Part shown: piece after piece, positions 1 to 10,495 of the stretch | How the letters are laid out: each line of letters begins with the position of its first letter | Numbering within the stretch: the stretch's first letter is position 1 | Source of the DNA: Acholeplasmataceae bacterium | Lineage (GTDB): Bacteria; Bacillota_I; Bacilli_A; Acholeplasmatales; Acholeplasmataceae | DNA: 64,000 nt | Reading direction: 5' to 3' | Assembly (NCBI GenBank): GCA_963675245.1 | Contig: OY775910.1 | Location: forward strand, 1,056,001-1,120,000 | Notes under the pieces: generated by a model | Seen by the model: the letters and a program-made list of their open reading frames with translations, nothing else | Database searches by the model: none | Told to the model about the DNA's origin: nothing | Translations under genes and position numbers: made by a program

Positions 1-76
1 ATTTATGGAAGTGTAATTACGATATATTATGTCATAGTTATTAAAGAAATAAAAGTTATTGAAAAGAGGGATCATC

Positions 77-808
77 ATGAGCAAGAAGGGACATATCCAT
101 CATAAAAAACTGATAGGTTCAATTATCTTTTACGTGCTTATGGCATTTCTTTTATATTATATTGCAGTAAACTTAATTGTCCCTGATCGAACCGTGCGAT
201 TAGCGGGATTCCAATTATCAATTATACCTTCTGGTTCGATGGAACCCAATATCATGATTGGTGATATCATTATTATGACAAATATTGATAGTGAAAAAGT
301 TAAAGAAAATGATATCGTCGTTTATTATAATTATATTGATCCAAATCAAGATGGTGTTTATACATATGAACGTGTTGTTCACCGTGTTATTTCAACCGAG
401 GTCGTCGGAAATGAAACAAGAATAATTACTAAGGGTGATAATAATTCAGCAAATGACATCATCAGAAATAGTAGTGGTATGATTGAAGGTTATTTGACAA
501 CGAAAGATGTCATTGCTCAAGTTCCTCAAATTGGATCGAATCATTGGGTACTACGTATTCCACAAGTTGGATATGTGATGCTTTATGCGCAATGGTTTGT
601 AAGATTTATGATTTCAAATCCTATTCTGTTATTATTAGTGGTTGTCAATGTTGCAGTCATTGTTACATTGATTGTTGTTATTGTTAAAGGTAATAAAGCG
701 AAACATGTCGCAGGTACAAAAGAAGAAGAATCGCGCATTAAAGCGAATGATGTAACTGATGAAACTGAACATGAACGTGATGATGATGAAGAGGATGGTA
801 GTGCATGA
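77..808 (+). CDS. sipW: Signal peptidase I, SipW/ER-type (S26B)
   Basis: SGSMEP catalytic Ser box, VVHRV (His rather than Lys dyad), TKGDNN; N- and C-terminal TM helices; ATG at 77 after GAGGG. Confidence 0.75.
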   Translation: MSKKGHIHHKKLIGSIIFYVLMAFLLYYIAVNLIVPDRTVRLAGFQLSIIPSGSMEPNIMIGDIIIMTNIDSEKVKENDIVVYYNYIDPNQDGVYTYERVVHRVISTEVVGNETRIITKGDNNSANDIIRNSSGMIEGYLTTKDVIAQVPQIGSNHWVLRIPQVGYVMLYAQWFVRFMISNPILLLLVVVNVAVIVTLIVVIVKGNKAKHVAGTKEEESRIKANDVTDETEHERDDDEEDGSA

Positions 809-1455
809 CATGGGATATGTTTGTTCAAGATGAACTCAAAAAACCATATTTTCAGTCGCTTGTCTCTTTTTTAAAAGAAGAAGACAAGCATAAAGTTATT
901 CTGCCACCAAAAGATAATCGATTGGCGTGTTTTAAACTGACACCTTATGATGAAGTTAAAGTTGTTATAGTTGGTCAAGATCCTTATCATAATGTTCATC
1001 AAGCACACGGATTAGCTTTTAGTGTGGAAAGTGGTAAATTTCCACCAAGTCTTCAAAACATATATAAAGAATTAGTAAGTGATTTAGGTGTGAGTTATCC
1101 CACAACAGGCAACTTAACAGCATGGGCAAAACAAGGTGTGCTTTTATTAAATACAGTATTGACAGTTGAGATACATAAACCTTTATCACATCAACATCAA
1201 GGTTGGGAAACATTCACGTTAGAAGCGATTAAAAAAGTGAATGAAAAAGATGATTGTGTCATCTTTATATTATGGGGTGCCAAAGCGAAAGCTTATATAA
1301 AATATATTGATGTAAAAAAGCATCGTGTGATTACATCTGTTCACCCATCTCCTTTTTCAGCAAGAAATGGCTTTTTTGGATCAAAACCATTTAGTCAAAC
1401 TAATGCGTATTTAAAGGAAGCAGGAAAAAAACCAATTGATTGGTCATTATCCTAG
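805..1455 (+). CDS. ung: Uracil-DNA glycosylase
   Basis: GQDPYH, GVLLLN and HPSP motifs. Confidence 0.97.
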   Translation: MTWDMFVQDELKKPYFQSLVSFLKEEDKHKVILPPKDNRLACFKLTPYDEVKVVIVGQDPYHNVHQAHGLAFSVESGKFPPSLQNIYKELVSDLGVSYPTTGNLTAWAKQGVLLLNTVLTVEIHKPLSHQHQGWETFTLEAIKKVNEKDDCVIFILWGAKAKAYIKYIDVKKHRVITSVHPSPFSARNGFFGSKPFSQTNAYLKEAGKKPIDWSLS

Positions 1456-1498
1456 CATTTCATTACAATTTTAAGTAAAAGAGCGTATAATAAATGAT

Positions 1499-1588
1499 AC
1501 AGAGTAGCTAGAATGCGTAAAGTGTCTGACCATGGGATGTCGGGTTGGAACGAACACGAAAGTGGCGGTAATCTAGCGCGTCCGCTGT
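1499..1588 (+). promoter_or_regulatory. THF riboswitch
   Basis: CAGAGTAG...TGCGTAAAGTG...GGGA...GCGGTA...CGCGTCCGCTG consensus, closing stem ACAG/CTGT, directly upstream of a folate ECF S component. Confidence 0.85.
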
Positions 1589-1628
1589 AAAGTATTTTAT
1601 AGTGGGCCTCAAGAGGAGGTCTTTTTTC

Positions 1629-2174
1629 ATGGAAACACACAGATTGTTAAAAAAAGTTGCGTTAGCAGCAGTCTTTACGGCCGTTTCAATTGTTATTGAT
1701 ATCTTTTTCAAACAATTACTTGGATTGCCAAACTTTGGTGTGCCATTTTATGCCATACCACTTGTTTATGGGTCGATTTTATTAGGACCTGCCTATGGTG
1801 TCATCATGAGTGTCATCAGTGATGCAGTAGGTGTTATGTTATCCCCGTATGGGTATTTACCATTGTTTGTCATTGCTCCTGTTTTCTGGGGATTATTACC
1901 AGGAATTATTATGGGGAAAAAGAAGAAAAATTGGATGAGATTAGCGATTGCGATTTTCGCTACGTACTTATTCGCATCACTTGCTAATACGCTCGCGATT
2001 TTCTATTATTATGGTGAAGGTTCAGCTTTGGCAACACTTTTGAGTCGCGTGGGACTTATTCCATTTAATACGATTATCATGTTTTTCATCATTAAAGAAC
2101 TGATTAAAAAACTTGAACCGATTAGTGAACGATTCTTTGATCAACCATTAAAAGCAGATGAGTCGGAAATATAA
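1629..2174 (+). CDS. folT: Folate-family ECF transporter S component
   Basis: Hydrophobic, AxxxAxxxV start, LLGPxYG motif; THF riboswitch upstream; ATG at 1629 after GAGGAGG. Confidence 0.8.
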   Translation: METHRLLKKVALAAVFTAVSIVIDIFFKQLLGLPNFGVPFYAIPLVYGSILLGPAYGVIMSVISDAVGVMLSPYGYLPLFVIAPVFWGLLPGIIMGKKKKNWMRLAIAIFATYLFASLANTLAIFYYYGEGSALATLLSRVGLIPFNTIIMFFIIKELIKKLEPISERFFDQPLKADESEI

Positions 2175-2220
2175 GCACTTAAAGTGCTTTTATTTTTGAT
2201 ATAATGGAGGTGGTGATGAA

Positions 2221-3507
2221 ATGACGAAAATTATTGGTGCGGGATTAGCTGGTGTGGAAGCTGCATATTATCTTGCAAATCACGGCATAGATGTCACACT
2301 CTATGAAATGCGTCCACACAAAATGACACCCGCCCATCAAACAGGCAACTTTGCAGAATTAGTATGTTCAAACTCACTTAGATCTGATGACATTAAAAAT
2401 GCCGTCGGTCTTTTAAAGAAAGAAATGGAAACCATTGGATCTTTGGTCATGCAAGCTGCACGACATGCGAGTGTCCCTGCAGGATCTAGTTTAGCCGTTG
2501 ATCGTAAACTATTCTCAAGTTTTATTATGGACAAATTAGAGCATCATCCCCGTATTACAATCGTTAGAGAAGAAGTTAAAGACATAGATTTAAATACACC
2601 TACTATCGTGTGTGCAGGACCACTTGTAAGTGATGACTTATCATCATATTTACAAAAACTATTACATCAAAGTTATCTTCATTTCTATGATGCTATCGCT
2701 CCAATCATTGATGCTGATTCTATTAACTTAGATATTGCTTATTTAAAGAGTAGATATGATAAGGGTGAAGCTGCTTATATTAATTGTCCAATGACAAAAG
2801 CGGAATATGAAGCATTTTATGATGCGTTAATACACGCTGAAACAGTCAGTGTTAAAGGTTTTGAAAACAATGTTTTTGAAGGGTGTATGCCATTTGAAAC
2901 GATGGCTTCACGTGGCCATGATACACTATTATATGGCCCAATGAAACCAGTCGGATTAGAAGTTGAAGGAAGAGAAAAACCCTATGCAGTTGTGCAATTA
3001 AGACAAGATGATGCAGCTAAACAAATGTATAACATTGTTGGTTTTCAAACACATCTTACGTGGCCAGAACAAAAACGCATTATCCAAATGATCCCTGGTT
3101 TAGAGAATGCTAAGATTCTGCGTTATGGTGTGATGCATAGAAATACATATATTGAAAGTCCTAAAGTATTAAATAACGGTTATCAAGTTAAAGATCATTC
3201 TAACCTTTTTATTGCTGGACAAATCAGTGGTGTTGAAGGTTATGTAGAGAGTGCTGCATCTGGATTGAATGCAGCAATACAATTAGTTAGAGTCATTCAA
3301 GGAAAAGAAATTAATCCATTGCCAAGAGAAACGATGATGGGGGCAATGGCTCATTATATTTCCACATCCAATCAATCGTTCGTTCCTATGAATGCGAATT
3401 TAGGGTTATTTCCTGAGTTAGGATTTAAACATTATAAAAAAGAACGGAAAGAACTATATGCTGGACGTTCATTGGTGGCGTTAGATCAGTACTTGGAGGA
3501 ATTATGA
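2221..3507 (+). CDS. trmFO: FAD/folate-dependent tRNA m5U54 methyltransferase
   Basis: IIGAGLAGVEAA, ELVCSNS, YGVMHRNTY, GVEGYVESAASG. Confidence 0.96.
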   Translation: MTKIIGAGLAGVEAAYYLANHGIDVTLYEMRPHKMTPAHQTGNFAELVCSNSLRSDDIKNAVGLLKKEMETIGSLVMQAARHASVPAGSSLAVDRKLFSSFIMDKLEHHPRITIVREEVKDIDLNTPTIVCAGPLVSDDLSSYLQKLLHQSYLHFYDAIAPIIDADSINLDIAYLKSRYDKGEAAYINCPMTKAEYEAFYDALIHAETVSVKGFENNVFEGCMPFETMASRGHDTLLYGPMKPVGLEVEGREKPYAVVQLRQDDAAKQMYNIVGFQTHLTWPEQKRIIQMIPGLENAKILRYGVMHRNTYIESPKVLNNGYQVKDHSNLFIAGQISGVEGYVESAASGLNAAIQLVRVIQGKEINPLPRETMMGAMAHYISTSNQSFVPMNANLGLFPELGFKHYKKERKELYAGRSLVALDQYLEEL

Positions 3508-4418
3508 ATCCAGTTAAAGCTTTTATAGATTATTTAACAAATGAAAAGAATTACTCTGAACACACATTAATTAGCTATGAACGTGACATTCTAGATTTTG
3601 AAGCGTTTATTGAACATGAAGAATTAGCGCCAGATTTGCTAGGTGTGAAAAGAGAAAGATTGGGCAGACATTTCTTATCGCATTTAGATGAATTGGGATT
3701 AAGTAAAAAAACAATTGCTAGAAAAATATCAGCTCTCCGTACGTTTTATGGGTATTTACAAAAACAAGAGATGATTGATATCAATATTTTTAAAGATTTG
3801 GAAATTCCTAAAATTCCTAAAAAATTACCGAGTATGATTGATGATGATGAAATTGAAATGATATTTAAATCTATCGACCAGTCAACACCATTAGGTTATC
3901 GTAATTACGTCATTTTTGATTTATTATATAGCTGCGGTTTACGTGCGAGTGAACTAATTGGTATGACAACTAAAGATATTCAATTAAATGCCGAACAAAT
4001 TTTAATTCATGGGAAAGGTTCAAAAGATCGTTACGTACCTCTTCATGCTCATTTAATTGATGAACTTAAACATTATTTAACATACACGAGACCTGTTTTA
4101 TTATCTAAAGGTCATGACATAACAGTTCGTGAAGTTCTTCTGAACTATAGAGGTGGTCCATTGACCGTTAGAGGACTGCAATTGATCTTAAAAAAGATTA
4201 TTAAAGATTCTGGTGAAACATTTAAAATTCACCCACATATGTTAAGACATGCATTCGCAACCACACTTCTAAATCATGGTGCTGATTTACGTGTTGTTCA
4301 AGAATTATTAGGACATGCTCATTTAAAATCCACACAGATTTATACGCATGTTTCATCTGAAAAAATACGTGAATCATATCGTGATAAACATCCTAGGATG
4401 GTAAAAAAAAATGATTAG
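3504..4418 (+). CDS. xerC: XerC/CodV-like tyrosine recombinase
   Basis: GLRASEL, GKGSKDR, HPHMLRHAFAT, LLGH, TQIY catalytic residues; trmFO-xerC synteny as in Firmicutes. Confidence 0.85.
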   Translation: MNPVKAFIDYLTNEKNYSEHTLISYERDILDFEAFIEHEELAPDLLGVKRERLGRHFLSHLDELGLSKKTIARKISALRTFYGYLQKQEMIDINIFKDLEIPKIPKKLPSMIDDDEIEMIFKSIDQSTPLGYRNYVIFDLLYSCGLRASELIGMTTKDIQLNAEQILIHGKGSKDRYVPLHAHLIDELKHYLTYTRPVLLSKGHDITVREVLLNYRGGPLTVRGLQLILKKIIKDSGETFKIHPHMLRHAFATTLLNHGADLRVVQELLGHAHLKSTQIYTHVSSEKIRESYRDKHPRMVKKND

Positions 4419-4974
4419 TTTAGGACCACTCATTATCGAAGAAGGCCTCGTATTCGATCGAAAACCAAAGACGAGACAAACAGCAAGAGCAATTATAATC
4501 AATGAGAAATACGAACTCTTGATGGCGTATTCTAATCTCTTTAAGGATTATACATTTGCAGGTGGTGGATTAAAGTCTGGTGAAGACTTTGAAATGGCTT
4601 TAAAAAGGGAATTATCAGAAGAGTTTGGTGCATCGGATATATCCATACACAAAGCACTAGGGTATACACAAGAATTACGTTATGGCATCCGCGGTGAAGC
4701 AGATATATATATCCAAACATCCATTTACTATATGTGTAAAATCAATCAATTTAAGACACCTGATTTACATGATCGAGAAGTGAAACATGGTTTAGAACCA
4801 GAGTGGGTTTCAATTGATGATGCGTTAAAACAAAATGAATTTATCATTATTGACGAAAGGCACCAAACCAAAGGGTTGAAAACGGTGCTCGTTCGTGAAA
4901 ATATGGTCTTAAAAAAACTAAAGGAGAAAAAGGTATGCGACGATTTGAAAGAGTATCTACATTCGAACATTTAA
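4411..4974 (+). CDS. NUDIX hydrolase
   Basis: GGGLKSGEDFEMALKRELSEEFG Nudix box. Confidence 0.85.
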   Translation: MISLGPLIIEEGLVFDRKPKTRQTARAIIINEKYELLMAYSNLFKDYTFAGGGLKSGEDFEMALKRELSEEFGASDISIHKALGYTQELRYGIRGEADIYIQTSIYYMCKINQFKTPDLHDREVKHGLEPEWVSIDDALKQNEFIIIDERHQTKGLKTVLVRENMVLKKLKEKKVCDDLKEYLHSNI

Positions 4975-5381
4975 AACCCAAATTACCACAAAGACAAACG
5001 GCTCATTCAGCAGGTTATGATCTTGCGTCTCTTGAAGAAGTAATGATCAAACCTGGTGAGATTCAAATGATTCCAACGGGAATCAAAGTGAAACTCCCAA
5101 ATGATGAGGCGTTATTCATTTATCCAAGGTCATCTTTAGGCATTAAAAAGCATCTCATGATGTCCAATTCAGTAGGTGTTGTGGATGCTGATTATTATAA
5201 CAACGATCACAATGAAGGGCACATCATGATTCCGCTTTTAAATTTTGGGGTTGAACCTGTTACAATCGCAGCAGGAGAACGTGTGGCTCAAGGTGTATTC
5301 ATGCGCTTTATGAAGACCACAGACGATGAAGCAGCAAATTCAACGCGTTTAGGTGGATTTGGTAGTAGTGGAAAACACTAA
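4935..5381 (+). CDS. dut: dUTPase (trimeric)
   Basis: SAGYDL, PRSS, GVVDADY, RVAQG, RLGGFGSSG. Confidence 0.95.
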   Translation: MRRFERVSTFEHLKPKLPQRQTAHSAGYDLASLEEVMIKPGEIQMIPTGIKVKLPNDEALFIYPRSSLGIKKHLMMSNSVGVVDADYYNNDHNEGHIMIPLLNFGVEPVTIAAGERVAQGVFMRFMKTTDDEAANSTRLGGFGSSGKH

Positions 5382-5440
5382 TTTAAGCGTTACCTGTTGC
5401 AAATCCATATATAATATGATATATTTAATAAGGCTATAAG

Positions 5441-5515
5441 AAATCACATGCGCGATGCTTAATCTTTCCAGTGCCTATAAGGTGAAAGCTAAATGAGTCG
5501 TGCAGAGGAAAACAA
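5441..5515 (+). promoter_or_regulatory. Probable rpsB (S2) autoregulatory leader
   Basis: Structured 5' UTR (CACATGCGCGA...TCGTGCAGAGG) ahead of rpsB. Confidence 0.5.
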
Positions 5516-5536
5516 ACAAAAAGGAGATGTAATTTT

Positions 5537-6541
5537 ATGGCAGTTGTTTCAATGAAACAGTTATTAGAGTCAGGCGTGCACTTCGGACATGCGACTCGTA
5601 GATGGAACCCGAAGATGAAACCGTATATCTTCACAGATCGTAATGGTATTTATATCATTGATTTAAAGAAGACGGTTGTTGAGATTGAAAAATCTTATGC
5701 AGCACTTTTAGAGATTGTTCAAAACGGTGGTAAAGTATTATTCATCGGTACAAAAAAACAAGCTCAAGAAGCTGTTAAAGAAGAAGCAATTCGTACAGGT
5801 ATGTTCTATGTTGACCAACGTTGGTTAGGTGGAACACTTACAAACTTTAAAACCATCCGTCGTCGGATCAAGTATCTTCAAGACCTTTACAAGATGGAAG
5901 AAGATGGTACTTTCGAAAAACTTCCTAAGAAAGAAGTTCTAGAATTAAAGCACCAACGTGATCGTCTTGAAAAATTCTTAGGTGGTATTAAAGACATGAA
6001 GAAAGTCCCTGAGGCCATCTTCATCGTAGACCCTAGAAAAGAAATGAACGCAATTTTAGAAGCGCGTAAACTAGGTATCAAAGTTTTCGGTATCGTAGAC
6101 ACAAACTGTGATCCTGATGACGTTGATTACATTATCCCTGCAAATGACGATGCAATTCGTGCCGTTAAGTTAATCACGAACGTTATGGCAAATGCGGTTA
6201 TTGAAGCACAAGGTGGCTATGTCGAAAAAATCGATGATGCTGAAGCAATGGTCGTTCCAAAACGCGAACCACGCCCACCTCGTAAAGAAAAACCAGCTCC
6301 TGCAGTTAGAAAACCTGCAGAAAAAGCTGAAGAAAAACCTGCAGAACCTGAAGTTAAAAAGGCAGCTCCTGTTAAAGAAGAAAAGCCTGTAGAAGCAGCA
6401 CCAGCACCTGAAGTAGTCGAAACAAAAGAAGATTACTCAAAACATACGGTTGCTGAATTACGTGATCTAGCTAAAGAACGTGGATTATCAGGATACTCAA
6501 CCCTTAAAAAGGCAGAATTAATCGATTTATTAAACGCATAA
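5537..6541 (+). CDS. rpsB: 30S ribosomal protein S2 with Pro/Glu/Lys-rich linker and C-terminal Rho_N-like domain
   Basis: [20 protein letters not shown]; tail [26 protein letters not shown]. Confidence 0.97.
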   Translation: MAVVSMKQLLESGVHFGHATRRWNPKMKPYIFTDRNGIYIIDLKKTVVEIEKSYAALLEIVQNGGKVLFIGTKKQAQEAVKEEAIRTGMFYVDQRWLGGTLTNFKTIRRRIKYLQDLYKMEEDGTFEKLPKKEVLELKHQRDRLEKFLGGIKDMKKVPEAIFIVDPRKEMNAILEARKLGIKVFGIVDTNCDPDDVDYIIPANDDAIRAVKLITNVMANAVIEAQGGYVEKIDDAEAMVVPKREPRPPRKEKPAPAVRKPAEKAEEKPAEPEVKKAAPVKEEKPVEAAPAPEVVETKEDYSKHTVAELRDLAKERGLSGYSTLKKAELIDLLNA

Positions 6542-6542
6542 A

Positions 6543-6570
6543 ATAAGGGGATTTATCCCCTTATATTTTT
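6543..6570 (+). terminator. Intrinsic terminator/hairpin between rpsB and tsf
   Basis: ATAAGGGGA-TTTA-TCCCCTTAT followed by T-rich tract. Confidence 0.6.
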
Positions 6571-6593
6571 ATAAATACTGGAGGAATTTAAAA

Positions 6594-7469
6594 ATGGCTG
6601 TAACAGCACAAATGGTAAAAGAATTAAGAGAAAAAACTGGCGCAGGTATGCTAGACTGCAAAAAAGCGCTTGTTGAAACTGATGGAAATATAGATGCTGC
6701 TATTGATTACCTAAGAGAAAAAGGTATCATGAAAGCACAAAAGAAATCTGACCGTATTGCTGCGGAAGGATTATGTAATGTCGTTGTTGATGGTAATCAA
6801 GCTGTCATTTACGAAATCAACTCAGAAACTGACTTTGTTGCTAGAAACGATAAGTTCTTAGCACTATTAGATAACGTTGGTCAAGCAATTGTTAAATCAG
6901 ATGCGACTGACACAGAAAGTGCATTAGCTGCTCCTGCTGAAGGTGGTAATGTTAATGATTTACTGATTAATGCAACAGCAACAATTGGTGAAAAGATTTC
7001 ATTACGTCGTGTATCACGCGTTGTTAAATCCGATGCACAAGGTTTTGGTGCATATCTTCACCAAGGTGGACGTATTGCTGTATTAACTGTTGTTGAAAAA
7101 GACGATGAAGAAGTTGCTAAAAATATTGCAATGCACATCGCTGCAAACAACCCTCAGTACTTAAACAAAGATCAAGTGGATCAAGAAACACTCGAACATG
7201 AAAAACATGTCTTAACACAACAAGCATTACAAGAAGGTAAACCAGAGAATATCGTTGATAAGATGGTTATTGGTCGTCTTAACAAATTCTTAAAAGATAT
7301 CTGCTTAGTTGATCAACCTTATGTTAAAGATCCTGATCAAACTGTTGCTAACTATTTAAAATCAAATGGTAATAATGTTTTATCATTCAATCGCTTAGCT
7401 GTAGGTGAAGGCATTGAAAGCAAAGCTTGTGATATAGCAGAAGCAGTAGCAGAATTAACAGGTAAATAA
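6594..7469 (+). CDS. tsf: Elongation factor Ts
   Basis: VKELREKTGAGMLDCKKAL, NSETDFV. Confidence 0.98.
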   Translation: MAVTAQMVKELREKTGAGMLDCKKALVETDGNIDAAIDYLREKGIMKAQKKSDRIAAEGLCNVVVDGNQAVIYEINSETDFVARNDKFLALLDNVGQAIVKSDATDTESALAAPAEGGNVNDLLINATATIGEKISLRRVSRVVKSDAQGFGAYLHQGGRIAVLTVVEKDDEEVAKNIAMHIAANNPQYLNKDQVDQETLEHEKHVLTQQALQEGKPENIVDKMVIGRLNKFLKDICLVDQPYVKDPDQTVANYLKSNGNNVLSFNRLAVGEGIESKACDIAEAVAELTGK

Positions 7470-7493
7470 AAACAAAAAAGGGAGTGTGGCAAC

Positions 7494-8207
7494 ATGTATC
7501 GTAGAGTCATCTTAAAACTCAGTGGTGAGGCTTTAAAAGGCAATGGTGCGTATGGTATTCATCCATTAACGGTTAAAGGAATTGCCACAGAAATCAAAGA
7601 GATTTACGAATTAGGCGTAGAAATTGGTATTGTCATTGGTGCTGGTAATCTATGGCGCGGAAAAACAGGTGAAGAACTTGGTATGGATCGTGCACAAGCA
7701 GATTACATGGGTATGTTAGGAACTGTGATGAACGGACTTGCCTTACAAGATGCGTTTGAGCATGTGAGTGTTCCAACACGCGTTATGACAGTTTTACCGG
7801 TCAGTGCCGTCGCAGAACCGTATATCAGAAGACGGGCATTACGTCATTTTGAAAAAGGCAGAGTACTCGTATTTTCTGGTGGTACAGGAAGCCCATTCTT
7901 CTCAACAGACACTGCAGCAGCATTACGTGCCGCTGAACTTAATTCCGACATTATTTTAATGGCGAAAAATGGTGTTGAAGGTGTTTATGATAAAGATCCT
8001 AAAAAACATGAAGATGCTATCTTGTTTGATGAAATTTCACAAAATGAATTATTAAAGAAAAATTTACAAGTAATGGATCAAACAGCTGCATCAATTTGCC
8101 GAGAAAACAAATTAAACATTCTCGTCTTCAATATGAATGAACCTGGAAATATTAAACGAGCAGTCATGAAAGAAAAGATTGGAACACTCGTTAAATGGGA
8201 GGATTAA
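7494..8207 (+). CDS. pyrH: UMP kinase
   Basis: [20 protein letters not shown]. Confidence 0.98.
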   Translation: MYRRVILKLSGEALKGNGAYGIHPLTVKGIATEIKEIYELGVEIGIVIGAGNLWRGKTGEELGMDRAQADYMGMLGTVMNGLALQDAFEHVSVPTRVMTVLPVSAVAEPYIRRRALRHFEKGRVLVFSGGTGSPFFSTDTAAALRAAELNSDIILMAKNGVEGVYDKDPKKHEDAILFDEISQNELLKKNLQVMDQTAASICRENKLNILVFNMNEPGNIKRAVMKEKIGTLVKWED

Positions 8208-8208
8208 C

Positions 8209-8763
8209 ATGAACGAACAAGCTGATCTAATGTTAATGGAAATTGAAGAACATATGCAAAAAACAATCGAAGCACTCGAAAGAGAATTTGCTGCTGTCCG
8301 CACTGGTCGTGCAAATCCAGCACTTCTTGACCATGTGAATGTCGATTATTACGGGGCTGAAAGTCCAGTCAGACAAATTGCATCCGTTTCAGTGGTTGAA
8401 GGTAATCAACTTTATATTAAACCATATGATAAATCTATTCTAAAACAGCTTGAAACAGCAATTTACGCATCTGACTTAGGTTTAAATCCGATTAATGATG
8501 GACTTGGTTTAAGATTGATCTTACCTCAACCCAGTGAAGAAAGACGTAGAGAACTTGTGAAAGTTGTCGATAAAGAAGCTGAAGAAGCGAAAGTCGGTAT
8601 TAGAAATATTCGTCGTGATGGTAATCACCACTTAAAAAAATTGGGATTAACAGAAGATGATGAAAAAGGATATCTTGATGATGTTCAAGATTTGACGGAT
8701 GAATTTATTAAAAAGATTGATGAGTTATCAAAAGAAAAATCTCAAGAATTAATGAAAATGTAA
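8209..8763 (+). CDS. frr: Ribosome recycling factor
   Basis: RTGRANP, EERRRELVK, IRNIRRD; ATG at 8209 after GGAGG. Confidence 0.97.
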   Translation: MNEQADLMLMEIEEHMQKTIEALEREFAAVRTGRANPALLDHVNVDYYGAESPVRQIASVSVVEGNQLYIKPYDKSILKQLETAIYASDLGLNPINDGLGLRLILPQPSEERRRELVKVVDKEAEEAKVGIRNIRRDGNHHLKKLGLTEDDEKGYLDDVQDLTDEFIKKIDELSKEKSQELMKM

Positions 8764-8879
8764 AAGGCTTTGGCCTTTTTCTTTTTTCATAAATATGATT
8801 CTATGAATCATGTTATCATTCACATATAATTAAAAACATTTATTTTAACGTTGAAATCGGTTATAATAATGGAAGGTGA

Positions 8880-9560
8880 TTGAGCTTGGAAAATAAACAA
8901 ACGCCAAAACATGTCGCGATTATCATGGATGGTAATGGCAGATGGGCGAAAAAACGTGGACAACCCAGATCTTTTGGTCATTATATGGGTGGAAGAAATC
9001 TATTTAAAGTTGCTAAATTAGCTAAAGATATGGGTATTAAAAAACTATCTCTTTACGCTTTTAGTACGGAAAATTGGAAACGTCCTAAAGAAGAAATAGA
9101 TTATTTATTTAAAACACCAGTTGAATTTTATGAAAAGCGAAAAGCTGATATAGCAACCATTGGTTATCAAATAATTTTTTCTGGAAGAAGAGATCGTCTC
9201 CCTAAAGAGTTATTAAGAGTCATTATTGAAATTGAAGAAACAACATCTAAGTTTGATGGGTTTGTATTAAATATATGCCTTGACTATGGGTCATATGATG
9301 AAATTATTACTGCGTTTAATCAATTAACACCACCCATCACTAAAGAAGATTTAGAAGCTCATTTGATGGTTAAAGAACCAGTTGATTTACTCATTAGAAC
9401 GAGTGGTGAACAACGCTTATCTAATTTTATGTTGTGGCAAGCAAGTTATGCAGAATTTTATTTCACTAAAATACATTGGCCTTCTTTTGGTAAGAAGCAA
9501 CTTAAAAAAGCTGTGAATAGTTATCAAAAGAGACATCGTCGTTTTGGGGGTCTCAAATGA
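8880..9560 (+). CDS. uppS: cis-prenyltransferase (UppS family)
   Basis: HVAIIMDGNGRWA, FSTENWKR, IRTSGEQRLSNF. Confidence 0.96.
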   Translation: MSLENKQTPKHVAIIMDGNGRWAKKRGQPRSFGHYMGGRNLFKVAKLAKDMGIKKLSLYAFSTENWKRPKEEIDYLFKTPVEFYEKRKADIATIGYQIIFSGRRDRLPKELLRVIIEIEETTSKFDGFVLNICLDYGSYDEIITAFNQLTPPITKEDLEAHLMVKEPVDLLIRTSGEQRLSNFMLWQASYAEFYFTKIHWPSFGKKQLKKAVNSYQKRHRRFGGLK

Positions 9561-10495
9561 AACAACGCGTGATCACAGGTGCCATCTTAATCGCAATACT
9601 CCTACCGATATTTACCATAAGTATCTTTTTCGAAGTGTTTGAAGTCTTTATGATATTCTTTGTGATCGTAGCAGCATTTGAATTAATTAAAATGTATGAA
9701 AAAGAAAAACCATTTCACCCAATAGCTAAATTTGGCATTGTTGGTTTGACATTAGCAACGTTTATTAGTATGTCATCTGTTTTTCAACCAACAGATAACC
9801 CACTTGTTAAAGGCGATATACTGACGATCATGATTCCAATTATTACGTTGATTTTATTTGGTTTTATGGCATTATTAAAAGACTTCAATGGGGTGGATGT
9901 CGGAAAAGCATTAACGGTTGTCAATTATGTTGGGTTAGGTTCTGCAGCAATTGTCATCTTAAGAATGATTGGTGTGCGTTTTATCGTATATTTATTTTTA
10001 ATTACGATGTTAACTGATACGTTTGCGTTTTTGATTGGATCAAAATATGGCAGACATAAAATGGCACCTCATATTTCACCTAAAAAATCTTGGGAAGGTG
10101 CAGTTGGTGGTGCGTTAATCGCGACTGTATTCGCATCTTTATTCGCTATTTTTTATGGGTATGTTTTCGTCCCAGGCACGGCATTAGGTGATTTATTTAA
10201 CTCAACAGGAGAAAGAACATTATTAGAAAACTTTTCTAGTTTAGCTGATGGTGTCCCACTATGGGTACAATCACTTGTCTTGGTACCAATTACGTTGGTT
10301 GCAAGTTTCCTTGCGCAAACAGGTGATTTAGTAGCTTCACGTTTGAAAAGAACATATGATATAAAGGATTTTGGAAATATTTTACCAGGACACGGTGGCC
10401 TCATGGATCGATTTGATTCTGTATTGTTCGTCGCAATGTTCTTGGTTGCTGCGTTCTTGATTATTCAGCAAATATATCCACTCTACGCCGTATGA
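9557..10495 (+). CDS. cdsA: Phosphatidate cytidylyltransferase
   Basis: ISPKKSWEG, IKDFGNILPGHGGLMDRFDS. Confidence 0.96.
   Translation: MKQRVITGAILIAILLPIFTISIFFEVFEVFMIFFVIVAAFELIKMYEKEKPFHPIAKFGIVGLTLATFISMSSVFQPTDNPLVKGDILTIMIPIITLILFGFMALLKDFNGVDVGKALTVVNYVGLGSAAIVILRMIGVRFIVYLFLITMLTDTFAFLIGSKYGRHKMAPHISPKKSWEGAVGGALIATVFASLFAIFYGYVFVPGTALGDLFNSTGERTLLENFSSLADGVPLWVQSLVLVPITLVASFLAQTGDLVASRLKRTYDIKDFGNILPGHGGLMDRFDSVLFVAMFLVAAFLIIQQIYPLYAV

Noticed and set aside
3504..4418. Tyrosine recombinase as the integrase of the cassette array
   Set aside because: It lies in conserved trmFO-xerC housekeeping synteny 29 kb away, lacks an evident IntI-specific insertion, and the array sites do not look like 28-bp dif sites. 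Not formally excluded.
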